Source: Catajapyx aquilonaris
Lineage: Eukaryota
Direction: 5' to 3'
DNA length: 64,000 nucleotides
NCBI GenBank assembly: GCA_000934665.2
Contig: KZ537998.1
Coordinates: forward strand, 1 to 64,000
Positions within the stretch are counted from its first letter, which is position 1; every line of letters begins with the position of its first letter. The position numbers were made by a program, and so were the translations under genes. The notes under the pieces were generated by a model. It saw nothing but the letters and a program-made list of their open reading frames with translations, was not told where the DNA came from and ran no database searches. Shown piece by piece: positions 25,594 through 40,600 of the stretch.

Positions 25594-26809
25594 TAGTACG
25601 AGGACAGAATGGGGGTGGGAGGGAGGAAAACAGTGGGGTCAATGGTTTCCATGTCTGAAAACATGACTTCGATCCCCGGGTCGGGAGCTAACAACGGGTT
25701 CTCTCCGTGCTAGTGCGAATTTGCTCAAATGTTTCTATTACTTACTTGTGACATCCACAATATTCAACATCACCAGTAAGCAAACTAATCAAGTCATAAA
25801 GCATTGCCGTTTCTTTGATTCTGGACAATAAGGCGACAGGTGGTCCCCAGGATGATAAATAAATCATGTGTCCAAATAACATTAGAGCACTAGGAATGTT
25901 TTTGACGCCTCATCCTTGTTTAATACAGCCTGAGCAGCCATGCACTTATTCAGCTTCAACCTTATCGCAGCCCTCGGAGTAAGAAACAGAAAAGTCTGGC
26001 GCAGGAGGAAATCCAGCCCATTTGTAAAGACTTGTGACATCAAATGTAGCAAATCATCTAGTAGGACGTGAAGCAAAAGTGAATCTGACATGGGGCGTAT
26101 ATGCCACAAAGGCCCGGGTCATTAAACCGGGGTCTCTCCAAAAAAAAAGACACTTCAACTCATCCATCACTTCCGCCCAACTAAGTGCGTTAATAATGCG
26201 CGCCAGATGCCGGAATGAAATTCAGAAAGGGAATCGATTATAAGATTCCCCTTGTGCATTGTGTAAAGCGCTTGACTGTTGACCCCAGCTAGCTTTGCCG
26301 ATTGATTATTACAATACAGGTAGGTATCTCCTAGCAACAATAGAAAATATACAGTAATTACAAAAATGCATTTAAAACAAAATACACATTAAAAATTGCA
26401 TAGTCAGCTGACAATATTTTAGATAGTTTTACTCGTGGAGAGAATGTCGACTGAATTGATTATAATGGCAAATGACTTGTGGCCAATGGTACGACAACAA
26501 TGGGTGAGTCAAGGACACGATGATGTGATGTCGCGCGACGTTTACCTGACCTCTGATTTCAGGTCGCAACGCCTCCGAGACGTCATTTTGCTAAGTAGTT
26601 CATTACGTGACATAACCGTCACTTAGTTGCACTGCTCTCCTCGGTTACGTGACAACGCGGCTCAAGATGGGCGGAACAACATGTCTTGGGGATTCAGGAC
26701 TTCATCCAATTAATGGGCTTAATTATTTCCACAATAGAGGTTCAATATTGCTTGCTTATACGCATATGCCATTAGAAAACTTTCGTGTTAGTACACGCTT
26801 CAATGACAC

Positions 26810-26873
<64 letters not shown>
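26810..26873. repeat. (AAT)n microsatellite
   Basis: About 21 perfect AAT units followed by a short (AAC)n. Confidence 0.97.
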
Positions 26874-26878
<5 letters not shown>

Positions 26879-29800
26879 ACAACAACAACAACACAATCAA
26901 ACCTTCAAACAAATTTTCTCCCCAAAGGATGCAATTTCCCTGGTATAGAACCGGATCTAGCTTTGCTACACTGTACATATAATATCTACTTGACAAATCT
27001 GAAGTAGCGTAATATGTATGGTGATTTTGATAAGACTTGGCAACAAAAAGCGTCCTTCTTGAACAATCGGAAAATAAGGCGAAAGCCCCTTCCTGACATA
27101 GAAGCGAGGCTGAATTCTTGGTGGTCGTTTTGAGCTCCGACAGTTGTGAAATTGGGTCTGAATAGGTCTTAATTACTCGCGGCAAGTACAGACCGTGCCT
27201 GTAGAGGATTACAATCAGAGGAGCCAAGGAACCACAAAGAGAGCTTACCAGGAACTTTTGGCAGAACCGCCCGGGTTCCTTCCGCAGGGAAAGAAACGTC
27301 ATTGACGCATTCTTCCGACGGAATTATTTTGCAGAGTTTTACAGGCTTCTCAAGTATAGCTAGGTCTACACATTGTATTTGTAAGCCTGTACATCAGGCA
27401 CTTTTGCATATTGTTTTACTGTATATTTTGTGGCTCTCTAGCCAGAATGTATCGCTAGCCCTCGGCAATCTATAAGGTTTTTAACTTTAAAAAACTGTGC
27501 TATATCTGGTGTGTCAATATCCACTCAAAATTGGCACAATGCAGCTTACACTATACAATTCTCTGATATTTTGTTTCTAGTTCAAATTGTGCTTGCCATT
27601 GTTTCTATACTTCATGCCAAGCTCCTTTGCAACGTTTACAGTGCATTCAATGACACGAAGACAGCCGTGCATTATTAACGACTATAGTGAGAGAATTACT
27701 CCACAAGCATCTGAATGAAATAACTTACATGTAACTGCATTAATGGGAAACGCTGAGATGAGAAAAACGCTCAATACTGCTTCATTCATAAAGGCGAAGA
27801 GAACTGGAATATTATAACCATGTTCTATCAAATGCGACGTGCAATTCGTATTTTTGTGAATTATTGACGGATAATAATTCACGTATATGGCATTGTGTTT
27901 TGCTTTACACAGTATGATGCCTCAGGATAAGCGCGAACAAAAGGTATGCTTCTGACAACAACAGGTTCTGTAGCAATACGAACACAAAAAATGTCGTGCT
28001 TGTGAGCCTTTCAAGATGCAAACCACATTATTTTGGAAGTACAGTACACCATGAACTACAGCATTGATTGGGTGCGGTTACAATGTGTCACAAACAATCA
28101 AGACAAAAGATGGTCTGAAGCAATGTTTCAGCTGCCATTTTGACCATATATTCACTGCCATGATTATATGTCTCTATATGGGGCAGGAATGGTAGTTGAA
28201 CCGGCAAATGAAGTCTTAAAATCGTGCTAGATCCAATTGGGTTTCCGAAACAAAGAGCAGCATCCTACTTGGTGGGTTATGCAGAAAACATGAGGCTGGG
28301 CGGTGGAATGAGCTGAGGCAGATGGACGCAAAGTGTAGCACGGGATAATTAGAAGGGACGGTAATTGTTCGTAAAGGCGGACCACTGGATGAGTAGGACA
28401 AGTTGCGCAGGCCCCGCATGATTTTATATGGGTGTTATTTTATTCATGCGTGTGCAAGGGGTTTTTCAAGTATGGTCCGCCCACGCCTTATGAGGCCCGG
28501 GAAGGCTGTAACAAACTAATTCGACATGCTGTAAAATCGGCAGAGAAAAACCTGAGCGGCGCCAAGGGAAATTCATAGGCCAATCCTTCTCAGATAACTC
28601 GCGGTTATTAGGCTGTTTCCATTTAGTATGAAAACGGACGCTGGACCAGATCGATCGTACTGGGGAAGACCGGCTGCTGCTAGTATTATTCATGAAGGCA
28701 GATGTCGCGATACATGGGGACACATGTTGGCCGTCACAACGCCACATTTGACCAGCGTACTGCACGGATGAATCAGGCTCTGCAGCTTGAATGTACCGCT
28801 ATTTCTATTAACCTTTTAGTCATTCCTTCACCTGGATTCCGTCACTGATATTATTGAGAGACATTTTTTTTTCTTATATCGTCTGACTTTTAGGGCCAGT
28901 TGTATGAACGAAAATTAAGCAGAGTCTATTTCAATTTATATTTTTGTTTTTCTATGGAAATTTACTAGTAGTTTGCACTTTCTCATCGGACCTTAGTTAT
29001 ACGTTAGGAAATTCCCCGCCCCATCCTGTTTATCAGCAGCCACCCCATATGCGCAAATATGTACGTACAAAAAATACACACGTTTGGACAAGGAAAAACA
29101 GGGGTGCCGCCAGGGATGCCCTCGACAGGGGGTCAACCCTTTGCCGCCTGCCGCCCTACACCAAAGCTAGCCCCTACCCGCTCCTATACCTACCAGGTGT
29201 CACCTGTAATAGGGTAAGGCCCTAACGATACGTCAACCTGATAACCAACATAAGGCATAATCTAATAATGTTAATGGCATTAAAGGTATGTCAGCTTTAT
29301 TAATTACTATTACAGCACGACGATATTTGGTGAAAAGTTGTCCGACCAAGCCACTGATAAAATTTCGTATAAGATGTGTAATGAAAAGTCAAAGCGTCGG
29401 TCACGAATCCAAGGGGTTTACAGACCCGGAACTCAATCAACAAGGTGCGGTGGTCCAGAAAAAGGGAGGAAATCAGGGTGTGCAAAGCAGGGCCCAGGGT
29501 GCACACAGGCAGCAGTCAGATAATTCTAATCGAGGCAGGGAGGCCCCAGTAATGCGAGTCAAACCGGATTTTGGAGTGGATCTGGCTTTTGTTGGAGGAA
29601 GTCGGGCAGGAATCTCCTTTGCTGACTTGCTCACTTGAGCGAGGCAGGAGAAGGCCATTAGACACGTCTTCCTCTTAGAAACCCCCCTACTTTTGGACCC
29701 GAATTACCGCTGCCGCCACCTGCGCTTGTCGAGAACTCTGCAGAAGACATGGATCCTGCCTATATAACCATCCCAGCCTCCACTTTGTTTTTACACTGCT

Positions 29801-32102
29801 TCAACACCAGATTAATGGTGATCTGCCATTCTTCACCAGTCGGAACAGACACTATTTCTCACCTGCCCGGTTGCAAATTGCACTGGTCGCCACTTTACTC
29901 TCCTTCAGCAGAATTAATTGCCCGGATAGAGAAGGGGCAGGAGGGTTGGGAGTGGAGGGGGTGGGGATCCGGAAACTCAGCGCTAGATAACGTTCACAGG
30001 AATTAGGTTTTTGGCGGGCAACAGGAACAGCACGGGTGGGACACAGTCTGCTACCGCATTCTTGGTTATTTGTCTTGTCCTGTAAGTTATGGGCGAATCT
30101 GTCATGAAATGTGATAGAGTATGGGCGTATATATATCCATGGGGCTGCAGGATCGACCAGCTTTGAAAAAAAATTAAGCATGCCCCACAGAGTAGCCTAG
30201 GTGCACCCTTGTTATGAATGTGTAAAAGAATCCAAGGGAGTACGCCAGGCCCTCTGACACCACTAATTTCTTGTATTTTTGGTGAATAAGTTAGGGACTG
30301 GAGGGGATTAGAGCCTCAAAAAAACTGCACCCCTGCTGGCAACGATGCAAGACAAACAGACCACAGCTTAAGCAAATATCTGTAAAACTTTAGGTTCATT
30401 CTGTACATGTACTATCGTTATCCAATCACGATTATAATTCAGCAAATTTGCTAATGAGGACTAGTTACCATTTTTCTACCATTAGCTGCTCATACATCAC
30501 AGCACTCAATTAATATGAATAACTGCCGCCTGTCCCATACATCAACTCACCAGGACTGGTAATATCAGTTTGCAGTCTAGATAGCAATATCGAAGCTTCA
30601 AAGGAACTGCACCGATCTTCCCAGGCCCGTTATTTTGGTCCCAGGCAGCACAATACACCTGCCCATTTGCCATGGAAACGCAAGCTCCCCAATGCGATCC
30701 TCTTACCCAGGTAGCAAACGAGCAAAAGTCCCGTGCCTTCACCCGTGGCTTTGCTCTTTTCAGAGTTCGGAGACACCGTTTTGGTCCCCGACTACGAGTT
30801 CCCAATACAAACGGGATGAGCTCTTTCCTCATTGTAACCGAACGGATCCTCTTCAGTGTCGGATCAAGCCTCTCTTGTATAACATCCGCTTGGAACGAAG
30901 GTCGACTCTTCTGCAATAGCTTCAACCATCCCTCTCTAAACCGTGCAAAAAAATAACAGCTGATTTTGTACTGTTGCAATATGCCATCTGATTACTGCGC
31001 CTAATTAAGCAGCCTCAATTACTACGCAGCACTGAGCACTGGTTACGCGGGTTTTTTTTTTTCCACGGTAGCATATAACCGTCATGTCCCAGGTGTCACA
31101 TTGTTGGGGTGAGGGAGGGGGATGTTCAGTTGTTCACATTGGTTCAAAATAGTTAGGCAAGCAAGAATAGATGAATGGCGTAATGCAACAGCGGGTGCAA
31201 GGTCGGAATTTGCATTTCAGATGTGCACTTTCATGCGCACGCGGTACAAACAAGGCCATCTTCGCCATAAGTAACGTAACACATTGCGAAAGAAGGTGTC
31301 ACGTACGTGGACAAGTTCAATATTCAAATCATGCTGTGTACTAAAAATGTCATGCAGTTGACTATATTCTGGCTGGAACGCCAGTGGAGAACATGGGTTT
31401 AACACGCAAAAAAAAATATATATCATCGTTTGATGTGGAGTTGACACCTTTTGCATAAAAGACGAGGTTGTGCATGCTGCAGAATTCACAGCAACTACAG
31501 TTTGGTGAACCGTGCTTTAAATATGGCAGAAAAACAAAGTGTCATAGAGCGTGACGAACTCGCTCCTTCTAAATATGGCCCTGACATTTGTGCAGTACGC
31601 CTCACAGGATATCGTACATATAGCCAAGTCCAAGGCTAGAGTTATTTTAGTACAGGCCTTTTTTGACGTCACTTAGCACAGGGTAGCCATGGCGTGAATG
31701 GAGATTATTACACCCGCCAAGTTGTTGCATGCACTGTGAAAAGGATGTCTTCCGTTGGCACAGCCATATACGATATGAATAGTCTGCTATAGTCAACATA
31801 AACAGCTAGAAAGCTGAGGTACTGTTCATAGTGTCCCCAACGGCACTTAAATTAACGTTAATTGCGCATAGCTTGCCTTTTTCATGCCGGGAGGTGATTA
31901 AATATGCGCGAGAGCAACTAAACGCTTAAAAACTCATTTGATGAGCCCGAACAAAAACTTGCAGAATAGTGAACGGATCGTTCACTTTTATGATTCAAAT
32001 GGGCCATGTCTTGCATTTTGAATTCTTAAAAGACACCCCCCAAAAATCACCACAGAATATACGTACATAGACACCCAGTACTTCTCGCTCTTACAAGACA
32101 GG

Positions 32103-32193
32103 CGATGACTCGGTGGCATAGTGATTTAGTCCATGCCATACCGTTCTGCTGAGGTCCCGAGTTCGTTTACCAGAGAGGGCAGGGGAATTTCTC
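32103..32193 (+). mobile_element. Degenerate tRNA-derived SINE head
   Basis: TGGCATAGTG A-box-like, GAGGTCCCGAGTTCG B-box-like, GGAATTTCTC as in 4113-4197. Confidence 0.45.
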
Positions 32194-35100
32194 GCGGGGG
32201 GAAAAAAAGTTGCAGGCCTACTTCGATGTTCTTCGTGTTAACGTGGTGAGGTCTCCTAAGAACTTACAGGCCTATTTCTTGATATCCCGTTGTTGTTGTT
32301 GTTATTGTCTCTCTACAGCTCCCAGATTCAATAAAATATTGCACATGCAACATGTTATTTCACCACCATGTACACACTATACAAATTTCCATAATTATGC
32401 GGTGGCGTAACATGTATGCGCTGCATTTTCAGCAAAGTAATCAATGTGTAAGTATATATAGGGTGATGCAGAACTACAGGTCAACCTCCTATAGAGTCCG
32501 TGTTGGCCCGGTGCAAGTCTAAAATGCAGAGGTGAGAAATGTTGAACACCTAATCGTTGACAACGGAGACGACGATGACCGAGACGCATGGCACGGAATA
32601 TGCTCGGGGCTTATTCGTGCATTAAAACTTGTCAGCACCACTAGAATTTCATGCCTCCAATAAAACGCCCTTCACTGAATAGACTATACTTCGCCAAACA
32701 CTGTGGTTCTACAGGATATGCCTCTCTTCCCGAAGCCTTCCCAATACTGAATCCCTTACACAACGGATTTGCATTGCTAATACATGTGTAGGCAAGTGTT
32801 TAGGGCTTTAATGACCTGCCGTTCTTTAAATAGATCAAGGAAGAAAGTCCATTGTTGCTCTAGTAAGTAATACCACATTTTGCACGAGGTATGTACCGGT
32901 AGAATGCAATATAGGTACTCGTTTTTCAACACTGTCCTCTTTGTAGTATAAGCATCTGACTGGTACACATACCATATTTACTTTTCTCCGCAAAACTAAT
33001 AGTAAATTTACGATTATACATACGCTGATTATAATAAGCCATTTCCCTTGTAATCAAAACTGAATGATTATAATTGTCGAGGCGAATAACAGTTATTTCC
33101 TTCATCATGATGCATCCGAGTAACTCGCAATTATAAACACAAAGCGATGAACTGTCACCCACATATGCAGGGTGGTCAAAAGTAAGTGACGACCCAGTAT
33201 ATTATTATGATAGCCTACTGCTAATAACAGTGTATGTTGAAAACTGCCATATACTGCACATCATATACAATCACGTGTGCAAAATGGAGCTCATGAAAGC
33301 AATTGTCACCGGCAAAACCAACTACAGTATACCGCAGCTCATGTTACAAAAGCAGGTTGTCATGGAATGAAAGTCATATTTCAGCAAAAAAAAAAAACTA
33401 TACACGCAAGCTTTAATAATAATTCCTTCCAAGCTGCATGCACGTAACACTGTCTACCCAAAATAATAGACGCTCTCCCCCATTCATCAAAGCAATGTTA
33501 TTAAAATTTAGCACGAGTGGGGTCATAATAGTCATGAATGGATCATAGTCAGATATATCCTAGAGTTCGCATTGTCCTTAGTCCCTGAAACAGAATTTGC
33601 CTACTTCCGCCTGCTGTACAGAATCATATTTTGACATGCATCGCAGTATATGTAGGCTATAGTAAAAGACATATAAGCATCATACCGTCATTATACTTCA
33701 CGGTATGCAAGAAAGACTTGGTTACAAGCCGCATGTTTCATTTCCCAGAAATTCTTCCCCATTCATCGAAAGCACAGTATTCGCAATATTGCATGAGTCC
33801 AGCAGCCATGAATGAATCAGCTCGGAGGGATCCTACTCCCAGTCAAATTAGTTCTGAAACTGCATTAACCCAGACAGTTGTACAAGTTCGCCAACGAGCA
33901 ATCAATTGCTCACCTACAAAGGCAAAACGGGCCACCTTTGATGCGGTGTTGGTCTATTTTTCAACAGACCCAAGCATGGCGTCCTCCCCGCTCCAAAAGT
34001 GGGGAGCAGGAGGGGGAAGGTGGTGGGCAGACAAGATGGCGGCGGGTTCAAGATGAATGAGGTCGGTGCCGCGGTTGTCGGGAAACTGCTTCCATTAGAC
34101 GCTTCCACAATGCAATAGAGCAAATCGAACTTCCTTCGACTGGTTTTTATTCCAAGGATGGGACCATATAGGGGAGGGTCATCGGGGGGCGGCCATTTTG
34201 AGCAGAGAGTCCCGGGGTCATTTATTCTCATTTGACACGGAGAGCTGGCCTCGATTGGAGCCCAATGAGAGACCTTGTGGGGGCCGGAGGAGAATCGCCT
34301 ACTTCCTGCTCCCATTTCTTTCTATTCCTCATGCAAGGACGTCCTGGTACAGCCAAGTGACCCTCACCCTAAAACAAAGACGATCAGAAATCCTAGACAA
34401 TTTAGGAATCAATAATTTATTACGATTTGTGTCGCCAGGGACCCACTTGTGCAACCAACCGATACCGACAACGGAGGACATTCGAGCAAAAAAATTCTGC
34501 GACATTCTGCTGACCACTTTGCCCCTAAATGCCCCAATATTGGCCCCCCAAAATCCGTTTCTTCAGTAAAAAAATCCGAAAAAAAAAATCATCACTGTTC
34601 AGTCAGGACTGCACAAGGTTCACCCGATCTGGAGTGACCCTCACCCTAAAGCGACCAAGACGATCAACAATGCGAACGATTTTCTGGATGGAGGATAGGA
34701 GGAAGAGGGAGGGGGGGGGGGTCGAATAAAATAATCTGGCGGCAACCGAGGAATGCAATTTCCCCCCAGTAGCTTGCATTGGCAGTGCTTCCATAAATTA
34801 GAACCGGTTGACCGCGTCTTACTCCGCCGGAAGATCAATGAGCCAACAGCCCAGCACGAACAGACCTACAAGCTAATAAATTGTGGTCTATCCCTACTTG
34901 CACTCCCCCGCCACCCCCTACCCCCCTACCCCCTTCCAATCCTTTCGATCCAGGCTGTCTTCCACCAACACGGTTGCGGAACTGAAAATCCGTGGGGGTC
35001 AGCCAGTTTGGGGGCTCAAACCCACCTTAGGTTTCCACTAGAACACGGCCCAAAAAGGGCTAGGGGTGACGTGGGAGTGGTGTTCCTTTGGTTGTCCTAA

Positions 35101-37615
35101 ATCCCTTGCCGCAGACGTTGATTTGCAGACGGACTTTGTTCACAGATTGGATGCCTAACTATATCGCATTCGAGCCCTACAGATACAGCGGGTATCAAGT
35201 CATAAGTTTGACTATCCAAGTATTCCAATAATCAGGTCTTAGGTTGTATAAGTTTCATATCAATGTGGCACATTTTCGTTGTAAAATTATTTTAACCGTG
35301 AGGATTTTTTCTATATAAAATTGTATATAACTTACTAAACGAATAATCAGCATGAGTATCACCAGTTTCAATATGGTCGATCAAGAGCACAATAATGTTT
35401 AAATGGTGAGATTCCTAGGCAGCGCCATGTGAAGCTGATCTGTTCCCTAGCGTCGCCAGTGACGGTCGGATGAAGCAGCGAGAACCCATCCCATAGTTAC
35501 CGTATAAGCGTATCCGGACTAAAGAGGCTTGCAGTGGATCGCATTATTATAGGCTATGACTGACACAAGTTGCGTTTGGTGGAGCATGGCGCCTATACAC
35601 TCAAGATATACTGTATTTGACAGAAAAAAGGGACAGATCCTTCGTCTCATGAAACTGGACAGACTGTCTATAGTGCATGTACTGTACAGTGTATACCCAA
35701 CTACCGCACATTTGGACAAGAGGCAAATCTGGACTCATCTGTATTACCCCGCAAGAACAAGATCTTCTAAGTTAGATGGCAAATTATAGTGTTTTCCCAC
35801 AAAGCAACGAATTGAGGCTTGTCATGCATTCTTGCCAAAATAGGCGGTGCAACTGCAGATCCGTATCATAATCATAGTCGCACGGCATAGCTCACAATAA
35901 TGTACGCATGGGAATGCTCATATCCGTGAAATTGAGTTTATTATGTCTGCGTATTAGTAGAAAAAAAACTTGACGTGGATGAAAAAAAGGGGGGGCTCGC
36001 AACCCTATATTGCACGAAACTAAAATCGTGACGAGTTATGACCGTATGGCCGAAAAGCCGCCTTTCCAAACCCTACAAATCAAATCGACTCGGAAAATTC
36101 AGCGCCCTGGAAATAGTACTAACATGCGAAATAAAGGAAGATGCGCATCTGACTGTGAAAAGTGAGCGATGAGCACTATGATCACTCTATAGTGCCGGTA
36201 TGTGTCCTTAGTCCTTACAAAAAAAAAAGAGGGATAAAAAAAGGGAGGGGGGGGGGTCCTGGCTGGATGTGGCCGTTGCTGGAGCAACAACCCCGACTGT
36301 TTTTGGCAAAACTTCAAAGAGAGTTTGGGAGAAAATTCTCGGCACTTGCAACAGTCTGAGCTCTTGTTACACCGCACGTCAGTAACTAAACTGGCAATAG
36401 CATTTACTGTACAAAATTCCAGCTAACGTTGAAGCGATTTTTTTTTCTTCCCCAGCTTGAAAGCCAGGAGTTCATGGAATATGAAATCCTTCATGCTCAC
36501 AAAACTATTCAACAGGCTCCTACAGTGTGTGAATAATATCCTTTTGGATATTAGATCAAATGGTGGAATTAACAACGCATGAGAATACAGACCCTGAACT
36601 GTAATAATCACACAGTCGTCCAATAATAAATGTATAAGTCATGTGAATAAGCGCAACTTGCAACACAGTACCATACATTTTTATAGTACGAGACTACGAG
36701 TCTAGACCCTTTAATAGCCGTCACGTTTAACCGATAATCTGATGAAAAGAGGAGAAAAAGGGAACTCGCTCATGAATCAAATGCTGGTTACTTATTCCGG
36801 AAGAAGATTTTTTTTTTTGTTTAATGGGTCTAGCATCAAGAGTGGGCCAATAAGGTGGTGAAGGAATTCCCAATTGGAAATTTGGGAGCTGACTGCACAA
36901 AACAAGGGACATGCAGCTTGGCGTTTAGGGTCACGGGAAATAGAAGGGGGGGGGGGGTTGGGTGGGGCCTGTGGGAACAAGCCTCTGCCAACAATTCTCT
37001 GCACGCGCCCTGGAATTTTCTCCATGATTCCATTACCAGCCGCCTGCAGGATTGCGTACAAATCCGCTCTTTTAAACTGCTCCTTTTTATATTTTTATTA
37101 TTCCGGAGGCCTCCTTTTTTTAAACTGCACGGAAGTGAAGGATTTTTGCTGACTTCCAACTCCGAATGAACGCTTCAAGGATCTTTGTGGGAAAGGAAAT
37201 GAAATAGTAGACTTCTCCGAGATTTCCCAGGGTAATTTATGGGGGGTCGTAATGCAAGCAGGTTTTTGCCGCATGGCCCCTACGCAACAATGCGACAGGC
37301 GTTATTGGAGCAAGGCAGAGATATGAGGCGAATTTTGCTTCGGGATTTGCAAATGCTACCATCCAAAGCATACTGCAGCTGAATTGAACAGACGTCGCTC
37401 TGGAGTGCATATATTTATTCCATTTCAATCATCATAGTGTGGTACAAACATATCTATCATTATGTATAGAACTTGATTATTAAAGCAGAGGCCCTGATCC
37501 ACTTCCAATAAAGGCTCAATAAAAAACCGCAACAATATTGGTATGGAATGGCCAAATGTTAAATATGTGAATATGAAAGGATTATAATCAACAAGTATCC
37601 CCTAGGTATGTACGA

Positions 37616-37616
<1 letters not shown>

Positions 37617-37678
<62 letters not shown>
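37617..37678. repeat. (AAT)n microsatellite
   Basis: About 20 perfect AAT units. Confidence 0.97.
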
Positions 37679-37679
<1 letters not shown>

Positions 37680-40600
37680 CTATTGTTGTTAGTCTACTAT
37701 TATAACTTAATATTATGTGCGACTGCTTATGTGTCATGTTTTACATTTACAGGAAAATGTCGTGGTTACGTATGTTGTCGTCGCCGTTGTAGTCGGTACT
37801 TGGCTGAATATTCTTCCTTCACTTCTCCAGATCTCGGACATGACAGTTCTGCTTTGTGATTGTCGTTAAAAAAGGTCGTGGACTATCGAAGAAGGTCCAG
37901 TTTGAAAGACATAACAAGAAAAGTTTGGTGTTGAGCGTCTCAGTCTGAGGACTGTAGAATCCAGACTTTCAGAGTGAACTGCTGTACTTCTTCGTAAGTG
38001 TTGACTCGCAGTGGGATAAGTCCGGGATACTTTTGACAGCTCCTCTTAGACGTGGACGACCACTTACCCGTAACTCTATGGTATACGACCTACCAAAAAA
38101 ATAACAAATCTGACCAAATGCGTGTCTAGGACACTTTCTCTAACTTATATACCCGTGTGATCAAGCCAATGTTTCTGAAAATCTCGGCACTTCAAGCTGA
38201 TCTTCAACAATGTGGAGAGCTCGAGGCCAAAACGACGATGACCGAAGTGCAAGGTATGGGTTATTCTTGGGGGCTTATCCGCCCATATGTGCCAGGATAA
38301 GGTAGATGGCGGGTGGCCACGTTTGTCTAAGCGGCAACCAAACGGTCATCATCGTCTACGTAGTTACGGTTTAGGTTTTCGACATTTGTCACCCCCACAT
38401 TATTAACTTGTATTGGGCCAACGAGTACCATAGAAGGAGACTGACGTGGAGTTCTTAATCACCCTGTATATACTGTATATGCAGTATTGCATAATAGGCC
38501 TGTGGCTAAGGTTAAGGTATACAAAGTAGGGTAGTGTTTGCATAACATTGATATTCGAGACAAATCGACGGAATGCCTATTATGAGAGTCTTAAATTACC
38601 AATTTAGTGCAGGTGTAATATCCTCCATAAACTGGAGGAAAATGGCGGTCCGCGAAATACTCCATCGTGATCCCAGAAATAATTGGCAGAAGACATAACT
38701 CAGCCTAATCCCGATATTATGATACCACATTATGGCAGCAAAATGCCGTAACCGCTCTGATTGTAGCACCGTGTGGCGTGCTCTAACACTCTAACAAGTA
38801 CTATGTATAATGCCACATAATTTGACAAATTTCGCATCAGGTAACGGGGGAAGAGCAGTTCAACTCCTAGCACTATGCATATCCTTACAGCCTAATCTAC
38901 ACCAAGTACAAGCAACCAAAATACAACTATGACATTCGCGCACCATACTCGCGCATGTGGCTGGGCATATCTGCGCGCGCAGCTAATGCAGCATGTTTGA
39001 TACGTATATACAGTATAAACGGAGTTATTTACAAAGCCCTATTTTATACCTCCAAAAGCCATTGACTCACAGGCACAATCCTTCTTGGTGAGCTCTGCAC
39101 AAGAGATACGTCTTTCCATCCAGTCTGCCAAGTCTCCAAGGGCGTTCGCCCCATTTCCGCGTCATTGTTGGCAGAAGACAGAGAACTACTGCCTCAAGTC
39201 TCATAGCTCAAAAATTTCAGACCACAAAAAACCCCTCAAATTCATTCTCATAAAAGAACACTCTCATCATTCTCATTATACCATTCCCCTTTCTTCCCCC
39301 TTCCAACCTTTTCTCCAACTCCCTCTGAATTGGCGCCAAGTGGTAAATCCCAGCATCCATCCGGCCTTCATTGGAGCTAATGTGAAAATAAAATCAGCAT
39401 GCTGCCTACATCTCCAACTCCCCCGTATATCAATTTCTAGGGTGAAAAAGGGGGAAGAAAGAAAAAAAAAGAAAAAAAGAATTCCAACTAGAAGGACGTC
39501 CCAGAGAATAGATATCGACCTCCCGCCAACTGGCAGCCAACTATGACATGGCAAAAATAATGCAGTCATTGATTTGCAAGTCAATGAAGGCAAACCCTCC
39601 TCACCATACACTCGATCTTTCCTTTCCACTTCAGAGTTTCTTTTTCTTGGGAGTACCTACATTTGGTGGCTTATAGTCCAAATTGGAATAACAGACCGTT
39701 TTGGAAAAAGCCGGAGTTGCTTTCAATACGAAATCCATCTAACGCAGGATAGAGCGTGCCAGGCAGATTCCTATTAGCAGTCATGCAAGTGAATAACGAG
39801 AGTATTGTTATTTTGTTGCGGATCTGGTGGCGAAGCAGGTAGAAGCAAATAGTGTGGCGGTACGCTTCCTAATTTCCTCTCCCAATCCTTTTCACCAATT
39901 ATCCACGTCAGCTCGCGTCAGCTCGTAATGTGTGCGTTGAATTTTCTCTCTCAAACTCCAAGGGGAACTGCAGAGGTACAGTACCAATCGCTTTAATGCG
40001 GAGTAATGAAGCCACAGCATCATGCGTCGGAGAACTGTTAACACCTCCTCATCGAGGATGTTGCAAATATTGTTGACAATGCGGTTAGTTCATACAAATC
40101 TGCAATAATGGAATATCTACTTATAAATTAATCAAAATATTAGTTGCTAATATTGGTTTCAAATGGAAACATAACATATGATCTCGACTTGGAAAAATTG
40201 ATTCAGTCATTGACCTCAGGTGCCATGGGTCATTCTCAATGTAGTAAGGTCGGCTATTCGTTGAGGAATAATATTTTACTCAACCAATATTTTTTATAAC
40301 CCCTATGAGTAACCGTTGGAAATTAGCTGATTAGTAGTAACAAACTCACATAGTCAAGATAGCTCGATTGCATCGTGAAAATTCGTGTTATTGAATAAAA
40401 ACAAACGTTAATAAAAAAATTATGCCATTGCCTTTAGGCTTTAGTGTTATACATTGCTTTAGTACTGCTTTTCCTATAGGCATAGGCTAGTTGTGTGTTT
40501 AAGCTGATAAAAAAATAACTTCTGCACTGGCGGATAAAATGTACATACTTTTTTTTGGCTCTCTCAACCGAAATGTTTTCCGACTTTTTTGTGTGAAAAT

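Noticed and set aside
26772..27302. 176-aa minus-strand ORF with poly-Tyr (longest in the track)
   Set aside because: Length is inflated by the (AAT)n/(AAC)n microsatellite; no recognisable domain
37753..37993. Exon-like segment (tttacAG ... GTaagt) on the plus strand and a hammerhead-like CTGAGGA
   Set aside because: Stops in all three frames; no stem II followed by GAAA, so no ribozyme core
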